Shown: one piece after another, positions 1 to 10,826 of the stretch
Layout of the letters: each line of letters begins with the position of its first letter
Position numbering within the stretch: the first letter of the stretch is position 1
Assembly (NCBI GenBank): GCA_017499595.2
Contig: CM038999.1
Location: forward strand, 3,472,001 to 3,536,000
DNA length: 64,000 nucleotides
DNA from: Psilocybe cubensis
Lineage: Eukaryota
Reading direction: 5' to 3'
Notes under the pieces: model-generated
Seen by the model: the letters and a program-made list of their open reading frames with translations, nothing else
Databases searched by the model: none
What the model was told of the DNA's origin: nothing
Program-made: the position numbers and the translations under genes

Positions 1-21
1 TCACGATCGCTCCTTGTCTAG

Positions 22-1383
22 CTTTGCAGCTCATGTTCTGCGCTGGCTGGGTTCACCGTGATATCAGCTGTGGCAATATCTTAGCTCATATGCATGATGC
101 TAAATGGCAGGTCAAGCTGTCTGATCTAGAATATGCAAAGCAGTTTCCCCCGCCACAAGATTACAAACCTGCTACTGACCCTAAAACTGTATGTTTATTT
201 CCTCAACTACGCTTGCCTGATACTTATTTTCCTTTAGGGGACACCTTATTTTATGCCACATGAAATTCTCGACCGGCGGTACCTCTACATAGCTTCAGAT
301 GCTGCACCTGACAAATTCGCCAGTTATGCGCAGCTCCGCAAACAGAAGGACCAGAAGGATGCCGACACTCAGCAACCTGCCACTCCCGATGTCACTGTTT
401 CTCAAGGGGAACAAGTCCAAGACTCCGTGCCTCAGATAGAAACGACTGTGCAAAAGGACAGCACAGTGTTTAATGCACAGAAAGAGCTCCCTGCTGAGGC
501 TATCAGCGACTCCTCCAATACCGAGCAAGTTGACCATCCCAAGCTCGATCAATTGCCACCACTCAACCGTAGGAATCAAGGCAACGGTGATCAGTCTGAC
601 GGCGACGTATTCGGTCCCTTTGAGCATGAAGAAACAAACCCTTTTTTAGAGGGGAGCGTAGTCATTAACGATGGACCGGAGGACTCTGACGCAAGCTACG
701 AGGACGAGGACGATGACGATGACGATGACGATGCAGAGACAAAACCCAACCGGATAGTCGTCCACAATTTCCAACACGACTTGGAATCCCTCTGGTGGGT
801 GCTACTATGGAACATTACCGCCCGTAGTAATCGAAAGATCTCCAACGAGTGGGCGAGAGATGTCTTTCACAACTCCCTCAATCTAACTTGGGCCCGACGA
901 GCCTGTATCATCGACGAGGTTTTGACCGACATGAAGCGTATTCTGGCAAAGCCTCTGAAGTGTTTTGCACCCCATATTGAGGACCTTAGGCATTTCTTGA
1001 AACGAGAATACGTCACCCGTGAAGAGCTCGGCGACCTTGATTCTTTCGAATCATACGTTCCGATCCACAATGCGTTCGAAACCGTCTTTAATTCCCTTCT
1101 TTCCGAGCTTCCTTCTACCTGGCGCAAAGTAAAGCTTGTAGTCAATGGTCCAGAGGACGGTAGCGGGGAGGAAATTCTTCACACGACTCTATCCCCAGGC
1201 TCAGGTGCACAACGTGAAGATAATGTTGCCGGGACAGAGGCCAATGGTCCCACCGCGGCTGCTAGCGGCGTCGCGCAGTTGGAAAAGCCTGCCCGAATCA
1301 AACGGGAGCTGTCAGAGGATGAATTGACGCCTGCTCGACGTGCAGGCCCGTCCAAACGCTCAAAACGAGGCAATGCTGATTGA
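22..1383 (+). CDS. Fungal-type protein kinase (FunK1/Pkinase_fungal), 3' part
   Basis: GWVHRDISCGNIL catalytic loop, KLSDLEYAK, intron 189-237 joining KT to GTPYFMPHEI, and HNFQHDLESLWW. A long acidic insert lies between these. The 5' end is outside the window. Confidence 0.9.
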
Positions 1384-1578
1384 TGTACCCTGTTATCTAC
1401 TTACTATGATGTTGATGTCTTCAGTTTTTCAATGTGGCATTCAAGGGAGATAGGGAAATGCTAGGATAATTGAATCGAAGTAAATAAGGCCTGCAGGCAC
1501 GGCATACACGCAGTATCATAGTGTCTCAATTAAAGCTATACAAAAATCATATCGATATACATTAATTTCTACGTACAA

Positions 1579-2556
1579 TCATACATCAGTGGCATCCTTT
1601 GAATGTTCCCAAAGCTTTTGCGTCAGTTCTTTGTTTCCGTAATACCCTTTCTTGCCTAGATCTTCTCCCTTTCTTCCCATTCTATAAGCACCAATGGTTG
1701 TATTGAGAAGACCTGACCACAAATACTCCGCGCATTGGTCTTGAGTAACAAGAAATGGTTTAGCGAGAGCATTCGCAACGGGTGCGACAGCACGCATCCA
1801 CGGTGTACGCGCGGAGTTCATAAGATTGGTGGAAACACCACCAGGGAACACATGTGAGAAAACGATTCCGGGGTTTCGTTCATGGAATGCCTAGGAAAAT
1901 ATATCAAAAATGAGAGGGAAATGAAATGATACGAATCATACCTCGATCATCAAGTCGTTATAGGTGGCGGCAGATTCTGCCGCATTTTTTACAGAGAATG
2001 TTTTCTTCAACCCCAAATCGTTCCCGTCGATTTTCCTGCCATAGCCTGTAGAGAAAACAGAAAGTACTCGTACGTCTTCCCCCTCCTCTTTGGCCTTGTT
2101 CAATGCGGGTAGAAGATCATATGTAAGCCTCCACCTCGAGTAGTAATGCACTGCAAGCTTCTTGTCGATTCCTTCTGGTGTCTCATCTCTTCCAGACGTC
2201 GAAAAATATCCAGGACTCATGACGAGGTAATTGACTTTGGGGTGTTTAGCAAGTATTTGCTCGGCAGCAGCGCGAACGTTCTTCATAAGGGTCGCGTCGC
2301 ATTGGATGAATTCGTGGCTCCAAGAAGCCCCAGAAGCGGTGGGTTTGGGGAAGTGAGCAATGATATCTCGTGCGGCGGCTTCATTTCGTCCAAGAATAAT
2401 GATGTGCGCATTGCCGTTGCGCCACTGGGCGAAGGTATCCGCAAGTCCTTGACCAATGCCAGATGTTCCTCCAAGAAAAACGGCTACAGGGGCGCCTTTG
2501 AGACCTCCAACAAGAGCAGCATTGCTCTGGGAAATAGCAGAAAGATGAGGAGCCAT
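1579..2556 (-). CDS. Short-chain dehydrogenase/reductase (NAD(P)-binding Rossmann fold)
   Basis: GGTSGIGQG nucleotide-binding motif, IIILGRN, YLVMSPG and KLAVHYYSR. One intron at about 1891-1941. Confidence 0.88.
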
Positions 2557-3294
2557 TGATTGGTTGCGTATGTAGACGGAAGTGAAGGCGATGAGCAGTG
2601 CGAATGAAGTCGCTGTGAGTTTTGGAAAGCTACTGAACGGATAGAAGGGCATGGATGTTAAACAAAAAGCAGATATGAAGCCGAAGCCCAGGATTTAACA
2701 ACGCACTGTCAAGAGCCGATACAGTGACGCAAGTGTCCCGGCTGTTGAACGCAGCTGTTGCGCATACACAGCAATTGCCAATAACCACCATTTCAAACGA
2801 TATCGCGGACATAGAACAAGTGCGGCATGTTGACGCTACAAAAGTAGGAGCCAATGAATACCGACAAGCACACAAGGTAGTGAAAAAAATCAAGTCAGTG
2901 GAGACAGACTACAGTGTTGTTGAGAATGCCGAACAACAACGGCATTCAGAATAACTCCCACCTTCGATTGATCCGGCAACTACACAATTTGCGGGCAATT
3001 TCCGGACTCCGACATATTTCTTTGCAAGGCAAATTGTACTTGCTAGACCTTCTAATGGCCCATAATCTTTCTACATTGAGTTTTTAGTATAAATGACTTC
3101 CCCTGTCAACTGTGGCAAAGTGCAAGATATCTTCAGGCCTCGTACGGCACTCGGCAAACAGCTCAAACTTGTTGGCCACTCCGCCTAAATTTCCAATGTA
3201 AATTTCAACTCCGGCACACATTGGCAACACAAGGCGACTTGAAGCCGACTCGGAAAAAATACAATTAAATTGCCATCGTGCTCAAGAGAAAAAA

Positions 3295-3375
3295 TTCGGG
3301 TACGGGGAATCGAACCCCGAGCTGCCGCGATCCTGAAATGAGAGGCGGCAATGTTAGCCGTTACACCATACCCGA
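3295..3375 (-). tRNA. tRNA-Glu(CTC) with 9-nt intron
   Basis: Reverse complement TCGGGTATGGTGTAACGGCTAACATTGCCGCCTCTCA[TTTCAGGAT]CGCGGCAGCTCGGGGTTCGATTCCCCGTACCCGAA folds as a cloverleaf, followed by an oligo-T terminator. Confidence 0.93.
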
Positions 3376-3875
3376 TGTGCTTACTAATAAGTAATATTGT
3401 GGGTTGATAATGTCGTCCAGAGGTGTGTGCTAGCTCGAACGTTGTGTCGAAAGCATGAAGCACAAATTGAATTACGGTGCTGGATTTGTGCCGGATCTCA
3501 AATGATGTTTTGACTTTACAAGTAAATGTGCAACCAAAATCAAGCAGTTCCAAGCAGACGTTGATAACGACAGTATGGTCTACAAGTGCTTCGTGCTTCT
3601 CATCATAGGATGTCTACATATCATGAAAACAGACCTAAATTTTTGCAAGTCAGAAACAGGAAGGATATATATATAGGTAGATTCATTGGGGCCATCATAG
3701 AAGAAATGTCCGACATGACGGTCAGCGTAAGCATGATCGTGGGTGACGGGCGTCTATTTACATCGATAAAGACGGAACTTTTCAACCTTGACCCAACCTT
3801 GACCTTTGCCTTTTCCCTTTGCACACTTTGAAATACTTCGTACTTGTACAAAACGGAATGCCCGATAGCTCAGGC

Positions 3876-4270
3876 TGAAGGAAACTGAACACGAAATGAG
3901 TCTCAACTCAGCTGAAGGAATCAAAGGCTTATATATTGACCTGAACACGAAATGAGTCTCAACTATAAACTAGGTCAGCTACTTTCTACGAGTAACAGAA
4001 TAAGAATGTACCTCAGCTGAAGGAATCAAAGGCTGAGGTACCGAGGCAGAAAGTAGCGAGTATAAGTGAAAAATTCGTAGCTGAAGAAGTTGATCATGGT
4101 CAAGGGAAGGTGATGCGTTGTACTAAAGTGGAAGAAGAGTTTCTCAGTCTGGAAGATGAACAGGGGAAATCGGCTCAACGACCCGATGACGAGAAAGGAA
4201 TCTTTGAGGATAAAACAGAAATAAAGGAGCGAAAAGAATGGAAAGGGATGAAAAGACTTGTATTCCAACA
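3876..4270 (-). repeat. 3' LTR
   Basis: Direct repeat of 9077-9471 with no difference found by eye. Confidence 0.96.
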
Positions 4271-4280
4271 CACCCCCTCA
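4271..4280 (-). other. Polypurine tract
   Basis: TGAGGGGGTG on the minus strand, directly abutting the 3' LTR. Confidence 0.85.
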
Positions 4281-6668
4281 ACGCATCGCCTGCTGAACCT
4301 TCTTGGGAGCAACCAGACCCAAGCGAGTAACGCCCTCAAGAAATTTGACGCGCTGAAGTGGTTTGGTGAGAATGTCGGCAGGGTTGTCTTTACCCGGAAT
4401 GTGCAGAATGTTGAAGGTCTTGGCCTCAATGTGAGATCGAATGAAATGGTAACGAATGTCTATGTGTTTAGCTTTCGAATGAGAGGAATCGTTTTCGCAC
4501 AGAGACTTTGCACCTTCATTATCGGTCGCGACGACGAGAGGATTTGGGCAGGTGATGTGTAAGTATGACAGTGAAGATCCCAGCCATAAACCCTCTTGGA
4601 CGGTACGCGTTAGCGCAATGTATTCCGACTCTGTCGAGCTAGTAGATATGCATGTTTGCGTTTTAGAAGACCAGCTCAGAGGGCCCCCAGCTACCATCCA
4701 GACGAAACCTGAAACAGAAGCACGAGACTCCCTATTGCCAGCCCAGTCGGCGTCCGAGTATCCCTGTAGAGTCTGCGAGGAGGCATCTCCACCATAATGT
4801 AGGCGATAATCTTTTGTCCCGCTGAGATACCGCAGAACACGTTTAGCAGTAGCAAAGTGACGAGGGGAAGGGTTTGAAGCATGCTGAGACAGTAGAAGAA
4901 CAGCAATTGAGATGTCGGGGCGAGAATGTCTTTGCAAGAAGAGGAGGGATCCTATCAGCCGTTGGAAGGTGGCCTTTAGATCAGGTATATCAGGGAAGGT
5001 GTCCGTGTCGCGTCCAAAAATGTTGTTGGCGTCAAGTGGGGTAGATACAGGGCTGCATTCTCTGAGACCATATTCATCGAGAATGTTCTCGATGTACGGC
5101 TGTTGATGGATCCATACTTCTCGAGTGCTCAAGTTCCTCTCGTATTGCACTCCCAGGTATGAACGTAAAGGTCCCAGGTCCTTGATACCAAAACGTTGAT
5201 TGACTGCCGATTTCGCATGGTCGAGGAACGATTTGGAATTGGATGCCCCAAGTCCGTCGTCTACGTGGATGCACAACCAGCATTGGACGTCTTCGCCGTT
5301 CCAGATTCCCTCGAATATGAAGGTGGCATGGTCCTTTTCTGAGCGTTTAAAACCTATGTCTTGCAGGGTTGAGCGGATTAATATGTACCAGACGCTGCTT
5401 GCCTGTTTTAACCCATAGAGTGATTTTTTCAACCTCCAAACACCCTTTGTAAAAGGCGACGAGTAGCCAGGGGGGCATCTCATGTGAATGACCTCTGTCA
5501 AGTCGCCCCAGAGGAAGGCTCTCGTGGCGTCAAAGCACTCAATGTGCCAGCCTTTCAGGACCGCGTGAACAACAATTGCTCGAATGCTGACGGATTTGGA
5601 CACGGGCGCGAAGGTCTCATGATAATCTATGAGGTATTTCTGAGAAAATCCTTGAGCAACTAGCCTGGCCTTGTATACAAGTTGTCCCTGATCGTCGATC
5701 TTGAACTCAAAGACCCATCGACATCCTATGCAGTGCATGCCATCTTGAAGCTCCTCGTCTGTGTAGACACCCATCGAGTTGAGCATGTGCAATTCTTTCT
5801 CGATGACCTTTCGCCACTGATCGGCGTCGGGGCGCTGCATGGCCTCCTGATAGTTGGCAGGTGGTATTTTGAGATCATAGTTGGGAGAGAGAGGATTCCG
5901 TTTGCGATCGCTCCTGACTGAGAGCAGAATGGCCTCGAAAAATGCGTCTTTGTCTCGTGAGAGATAGTCTTCAACGTCGAGCGAAATGAGAGAGGTGTCG
6001 ATGACTTGAGAGGGAGAAGGTTCTAACGTTCCAACGGAGCAAAGTGAAATGAATGGGTTTTCAACGTCACCCCCTTGCTCGTTGGAAGGCTGCATACTCG
6101 ACAAACGTTCAGCACTCGTTGCCCGTCGCGAAGCAATGATTGATTCGCTTTTTGCTTTTTCAGCCTCGCGCAGTTGAGAGTATAGGATACCTCTTGAGGA
6201 TGGATGACGTTCGCGAGAGGATGATCGAGGTGGAGGAAGTACACGTTGAGGAATGGGGGTAGAAGGAGGAGGAAGAGGATTAGATGTTAAAGGAGTGGAG
6301 GGCACGACCTGAATATCTACAGAAGATGAAGAGGAAGAGGAAGAGAGGTTGGAAGAAGTGGAAGGTTCAAGAAGTTGTGGAGAATCTAAATCGGAAGGCG
6401 AAACTACAAGATTTGGAACAGCTGAAGCGGGGGCAGAAGGAGAAGTGGACGAAGAAGAAAATACATCTGGTTGAAAAGGCAAAGAGGAATAATCTATGGG
6501 AGCAGAATTGTAATTACCAGAAACAAGCGAAGGTACATTTTCATCAAACATAGCATTTGAGGAATCAAAAAAGTGTCCGGATTCAAGATGTCGAAAACGA
6601 TAGCCTTTCCCACCAGGTGGATATCCCATAAATCTGCATTGTACAGATTTAGCCCCAAGCTTTAGTTG
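4278..6668 (-). CDS. Copia polyprotein, downstream part: integrase SH3/GKGY region, reverse transcriptase, RNase H
   Basis: FMGYPPGGKGY, KARLVAQGFSQ, LKKSLYGLKQAS, IHVDDG, YSDADWAG, KHIDIRYH, NPADILTK. Same frame as the upstream ORF, separated only by a TAG at 6669-6671. Confidence 0.93.
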   Translation of the reverse strand, partial: QLKLGAKSVQCRFMGYPPGGKGYRFRHLESGHFFDSSNAMFDENVPSLVSGNYNSAPIDYSSLPFQPDVFSSSSTSPSAPASAVPNLVVSPSDLDSPQLLEPSTSSNLSSSSSSSSVDIQVVPSTPLTSNPLPPPSTPIPQRVLPPPRSSSRERHPSSRGILYSQLREAEKAKSESIIASRRATSAERLSSMQPSNEQGGDVENPFISLCSVGTLEPSPSQVIDTSLISLDVEDYLSRDKDAFFEAILLSVRSDRKRNPLSPNYDLKIPPANYQEAMQRPDADQWRKVIEKELHMLNSMGVYTDEELQDGMHCIGCRWVFEFKIDDQGQLVYKARLVAQGFSQKYLIDYHETFAPVSKSVSIRAIVVHAVLKGWHIECFDATRAFLWGDLTEVIHMRCPPGYSSPFTKGVWRLKKSLYGLKQASSVWYILIRSTLQDIGFKRSEKDHATFIFEGIWNGEDVQCWLCIHVDDGLGASNSKSFLDHAKSAVNQRFGIKDLGPLRSYLGVQYERNLSTREVWIHQQPYIENILDEYGLRECSPVSTPLDANNIFGRDTDTFPDIPDLKATFQRLIGSLLFLQRHSRPDISIAVLLLSQHASNPSPRHFATAKRVLRYLSGTKDYRLHYGGDASSQTLQGYSDADWAGNRESRASVSGFVWMVAGGPLSWSSKTQTCISTSSTESEYIALTRTVQEGLWLGSSLSYLHITCPNPLVVATDNEGAKSLCENDSSHSKAKHIDIRYHFIRSHIEAKTFNILHIPGKDNPADILTKPLQRVKFLEGVTRLGLVAPKKVQQAMR

Positions 6669-8942
6669 CTACTCTTCTGGAACATGAACAAATGCTCGAC
6701 AGCCCCATACGCGAAGATGCAAGAGATTCGGTGGACGATGATACATATTTTCAAAAGGTGTGATGCCATCTTCATCTGTGCTGGTAATGTTGAGCAAGTA
6801 GGACGCCGTAAGAGCCGCCTCGCCCCAGTAAGTCATGGGAAGTTGCACGGTGGTCATCATGGCAAGCATCCTGCCTTGAATCGTTCGCATGAAACGTTCG
6901 ATTTCTCCGTTCATCCAATGTTCGCGCGCCGGAGTAACCTCCTGTTCAATTCCAACCTCCAACAGGTAAGCAGAGAAAACCCCCTTCCACTCAGGCCCTC
7001 CGTCGCAGCGAAATCGTTTGATTTTGAAGCCGGTGCGGGTTTCCCAGCGAGCCTTGACGATCTTGAACGCTTCCAACATAGTCTCAGAGGTTTTGTCGGC
7101 GGTGAGTTGAACGTTGTTGATCTTCATTCCTGAGCATCGAAAGGCTACGAAAAACTCTTTGTGGTGTGGGGTCTGAACTGGGAAAGGTCCACAGGTGTCT
7201 GCAACAACGAGTTCTAGAGGTTGATAGGCGCGCTGACCAAGAGAACTTGGCGGATGCGGGGTAGCGGTATGTTTAGCGATTATGCATGCTTCACATTTGA
7301 TATTATCGTCTTTTGCTTCCGCTTTCAGGATTCTCTTGACCAGCATCCGTGTCGCCTGCTCACCAGGATGACCCAATCGGAGGTGATATAGTTGCACCGT
7401 CTCAGGGACTTTAACAAACATTACCCGTTCGACGGTGGAAGAGTTGATGCCTGGCACGAAGACGGATTTGTCCATGGCAAATAGGCCGTGAACTAATGAG
7501 GCGGAAGCAAATGGAATACCCTGTTTGGAAAGATGTATTCCTTTTCCAGGGTCGAAATTGCAACCGATGCCTGCAATGAACAGTCGGCTAACCGAAAGGA
7601 GATTTACAGCGGCAGTTGGGGCATGTAGACAATTGTTAAGTTTGACTCTCAATGTTCTCCCTTGGTAAGTGACATTCATTATGCAAGTGCCTCCTCCTTG
7701 GGTTCTGAGAGTTCCGAGGTTGGCGGTGGTAACATTTCTGGCTTCTCCTTCGGAATATGTGTGGAATGAGGAGCGAGATTTTATGATATGAGAAGTGGCT
7801 CCTGAATCGAGGAGAATCGATGTCGACAGAAAAGATCTCACGTTGATGGATGCTGCAAGCGGCCCGAGCTCTTCGTCTCCAAGTTCCTCAATGAGTGCAC
7901 AAGAAATTTCTCCCGTCTCGAGGGTATTGGAATCGACTGCTAGTGAAGCAGTCTCCGCTGCCTTTTTCGCCGCTACCGCTGCGCAATACGCAGGGCCCTG
8001 ACCCTCCATGCCACCTCCTTTCGCCCAACAGTGCTCCTTGTCATGAGACCGATTTTTGCAGTTCGTGCATCGAACTCCATTCGGATTGTTGACATGTTTC
8101 ACGATAGGTCGGTTGTCGTTGGAAAAATTTGAGTATTCCGACCCGGGAGGATTGCGTCGAGAGCCTGCCTCGGCTTCTAAGCGTTGACATTCAATTGTCA
8201 AGCGGGAAGTGATTCGTTCTAGTGCAGTATTCGGCGCTGATGGTGCCCTTCCTTCATCTGTCGCAGCTTTATCCCTATCAAGGGTATCTTGGTACAGTTG
8301 TATCATCAACTGTTTGAAGTTTGGCCATACACCTGATGAAGGCAGGCCTCGAATGATGTGATGAATCACGTCGCCTTCCGGGTAATCTACCCCCATATCC
8401 TTGAGACGCTCCCTGCCAGTTCGGAATTCACCCAGATACTTCTCAATTTCCGTATAGTCCTTGAGTTTGATCGAGGCCAGTCTTTCCTTGATGGCGAATT
8501 GCGCGTTTATGTCGACGCGTGCGTACCTGGTCATGAGTTGACTCCAGACCATGCGTGCTGTGATGTCTTCGCCCGCATTGAGATTGGATTTGACTAGTGC
8601 AGACACTTTCCTCGTAATCAGTGTTTTCGCACTGTCGTCGTCGCTCCACCATTTCCGGTAAGCTGCTATGACATCGTCGGACGCGTCTTCGGCAGGTTCT
8701 GCAGGTTTGGCTGATATCGGATATCTTGCAGTTCTACTGGTTGAACCCTCAATGTGTCCATATACACCGCAGTCCTTCAGAATGTTACGCATATCGTCTC
8801 TCCACGCTATGAAGTTTGAAGTCCCTTCAAGATTGACGATGTGATCGACTTTCGCATTTGCAGGTGTGATTTTCGTATTCATTGTGAAATTGTTTATGGT
8901 GGTATGGGCATTGCTGGGATTTTCCCCTGACGTAGCCGACAT
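6669..8942 (-). CDS. Copia polyprotein, upstream part: Gag, protease, integrase core
   Basis: CX2CX4HX4C knuckle (CTNCKNRSHDKEHC), protease LLDSGATSH, HHCC (HLRLGH...CEAC), DDE core (ADTCGP / RCDGGPEW / NGEIER). Confidence 0.93.
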   Translation of the reverse strand: MSATSGENPSNAHTTINNFTMNTKITPANAKVDHIVNLEGTSNFIAWRDDMRNILKDCGVYGHIEGSTSRTARYPISAKPAEPAEDASDDVIAAYRKWWSDDDSAKTLITRKVSALVKSNLNAGEDITARMVWSQLMTRYARVDINAQFAIKERLASIKLKDYTEIEKYLGEFRTGRERLKDMGVDYPEGDVIHHIIRGLPSSGVWPNFKQLMIQLYQDTLDRDKAATDEGRAPSAPNTALERITSRLTIECQRLEAEAGSRRNPPGSEYSNFSNDNRPIVKHVNNPNGVRCTNCKNRSHDKEHCWAKGGGMEGQGPAYCAAVAAKKAAETASLAVDSNTLETGEISCALIEELGDEELGPLAASINVRSFLSTSILLDSGATSHIIKSRSSFHTYSEGEARNVTTANLGTLRTQGGGTCIMNVTYQGRTLRVKLNNCLHAPTAAVNLLSVSRLFIAGIGCNFDPGKGIHLSKQGIPFASASLVHGLFAMDKSVFVPGINSSTVERVMFVKVPETVQLYHLRLGHPGEQATRMLVKRILKAEAKDDNIKCEACIIAKHTATPHPPSSLGQRAYQPLELVVADTCGPFPVQTPHHKEFFVAFRCSGMKINNVQLTADKTSETMLEAFKIVKARWETRTGFKIKRFRCDGGPEWKGVFSAYLLEVGIEQEVTPAREHWMNGEIERFMRTIQGRMLAMMTTVQLPMTYWGEAALTASYLLNITSTDEDGITPFENMYHRPPNLLHLRVWGCRAFVHVPEE

Positions 8943-9062
8943 CTTGATATGCTATTTGTTGAGAGAAAGATATAGAGAGATGCTGAAGGGATTATCGTCC
9001 CTTGGAAAATATGTGAGCCTTTAAGCTGAGTTCTTTTCGTCTTCGTCTGATTCAGGCGCTTT

Positions 9063-9076
9063 CGGGGCCCATAACC
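9063..9076 (-). other. Primer binding site (half-tRNAiMet type)
   Basis: GGTTATGGGCCCCG immediately after the 5' LTR, complementary to the anticodon arm of initiator tRNA-Met rather than to a 3'-CCA end. Confidence 0.8.
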
Positions 9077-9471
9077 TGAAGGAAACTGAACACGAAATGA
9101 GTCTCAACTCAGCTGAAGGAATCAAAGGCTTATATATTGACCTGAACACGAAATGAGTCTCAACTATAAACTAGGTCAGCTACTTTCTACGAGTAACAGA
9201 ATAAGAATGTACCTCAGCTGAAGGAATCAAAGGCTGAGGTACCGAGGCAGAAAGTAGCGAGTATAAGTGAAAAATTCGTAGCTGAAGAAGTTGATCATGG
9301 TCAAGGGAAGGTGATGCGTTGTACTAAAGTGGAAGAAGAGTTTCTCAGTCTGGAAGATGAACAGGGGAAATCGGCTCAACGACCCGATGACGAGAAAGGA
9401 ATCTTTGAGGATAAAACAGAAATAAAGGAGCGAAAAGAATGGAAAGGGATGAAAAGACTTGTATTCCAACA
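9077..9471 (-). repeat. 5' LTR
   Basis: Direct repeat of 3876-4270, followed by the PBS. Confidence 0.96.
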
Positions 9472-9476
9472 CAGGC

Positions 9477-10521
9477 TCTCTTTTATATTCGGACTTCAAT
9501 CCTAATATTTCAGACCATGACCCCGAAACGACTGGGCTCTCGGTCGCGGATGATCTCGCAGAGGCTGTCCCCGGAGAAGCAAATTCTTCATCATCTAAGG
9601 GTAAAACTCCAGAAGTAATCGAAAGGGACTCCACCTACTTCATAGAAAGTTTATTTATGGTCTTCCAGGTGAGCGTTATATTTTCTGTTTCCTGGAGCCA
9701 GTCCTGCGCTAACCACGACCACCATTGGCTTAGGTCCAAAATTGTCTATTTCGCGTTCCAACATACCTTCTCTCTGCAGAGTCTCAAGTCTTTTCTGGGA
9801 TGTTCCACCTTCCCCAAGCAGGCGACCTTGATAACCCAGACAATGTGGAAGGATTGTCGGTTACCAAACCGATCATCTTACCAAACGAATACTTGAAGGA
9901 GGATTTTCGGAGCCTTTTAAAAGCTCTTTATCCACTGTGAGTGACAAACATTAAAATTTCGTGTCATTTCAAGTACAACGATGTGATGATGTACCCCATA
10001 GATCATTTAACATCACAGTAGATCTCTCAAAGTCTGAATGGATTTCCGTGTTAAAGTTGTCGACAATGTGGTATTTTATCAAACTCAGGAACGCGGCTAT
10101 ATCGGAGCTGGCGCACTCCGGCGTACTCGACTCTATTGAAATGGTTACACTGGGAAGAAAATATCGCATCTCTTCATGGATCACAGGAGGGTTTGTAAGG
10201 CTAATCGAAAGGTATGACAGCATTACGGACGATGAAGCCATAGACATCGATTCCACTTATGTTACCACCGCCTACAAGCTATACCGTATGCGTGAGGACA
10301 GGATTAAGAACCGTTGGAATGTGTCCGATGTTGAGGTTGTCTTTGGACCAGAGCTGCAGGCCATTCGTCAAGATGAAGAAGGTTACAAAACACCTGAGTT
10401 GGAAATCGAGTTCAGACCTGAAACCCCTCAATTAGAAATCGAGGTCCAGGCAGAAGCCAATCCACTCCCAGAACCAACAGCCATTGGAAGAAAGTCCGTT
10501 GGTTACAAGAGAAGGAAATAG
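9477..10521 (+). pseudogene. BTB/POZ-domain gene disrupted by the copia element (first 6 codons stranded at 3858-3875)
   Basis: Exons 9477-9668, 9734-9936 and 10002-10521 encode MVFQ|VQNCLFRVP...FRSLLKALYP|...WISVLKLSTMWYF. Removing the element joins ATG3858 (MPDSSG) in frame to SLLYSDF. Confidence 0.85.
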
Positions 10522-10729
10522 GTGGCCAGAGCTTACTAGCTCAGTATATCTGTTGTGGAAAAGTAAATGATTCCTTAGTGGATAGCGGATATTTTTTGTT
10601 CTTAGTATTTAAGGATTAACTTCCTACCTTGATATGCACCTCGCATTTTTTTGTTTTATGCAACAGACCCCAGAGGTAGGGACACACGTGGAATTTGTCT
10701 GTATGTGTACACAGATGCTTTGTACCGGC

Positions 10730-10826
10730 GATGAGGCCATAGACGTCAATTCTGCGTATGTTATAACCGCCTATATGCTTGCTATATGCTATACCTGTAT
10801 GCGTGAAAATAAGGTTAAGAACCGTT
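10730..10826 (+). pseudogene. Degenerate fragment paralogous to the last exon of the adjacent BTB gene
   Basis: DEAIDVNSAYVITAY...MRENKVKNR resembles DEAIDIDSTYVTTAY...MREDRIKNR at 10231-10315. Confidence 0.7.

Larger units (their letters stand above)
3876..9471 (-). mobile_element. Full-length Ty1/copia LTR retrotransposon (5596 bp), recent insertion
   Basis: Two 395-bp TG...CA LTRs; 5-bp target-site duplication CAGGC (3871-3875, 9472-9476); PBS and PPT present; domain order Gag-PR-IN-RT-RNaseH. Confidence 0.97.

Noticed and set aside
4026-4562. ORFs in and across the LTRs (also 9227-9634)
   Set aside because: Compositional by-products of purine-rich LTR sequence and antisense to pol; no recognisable domain.
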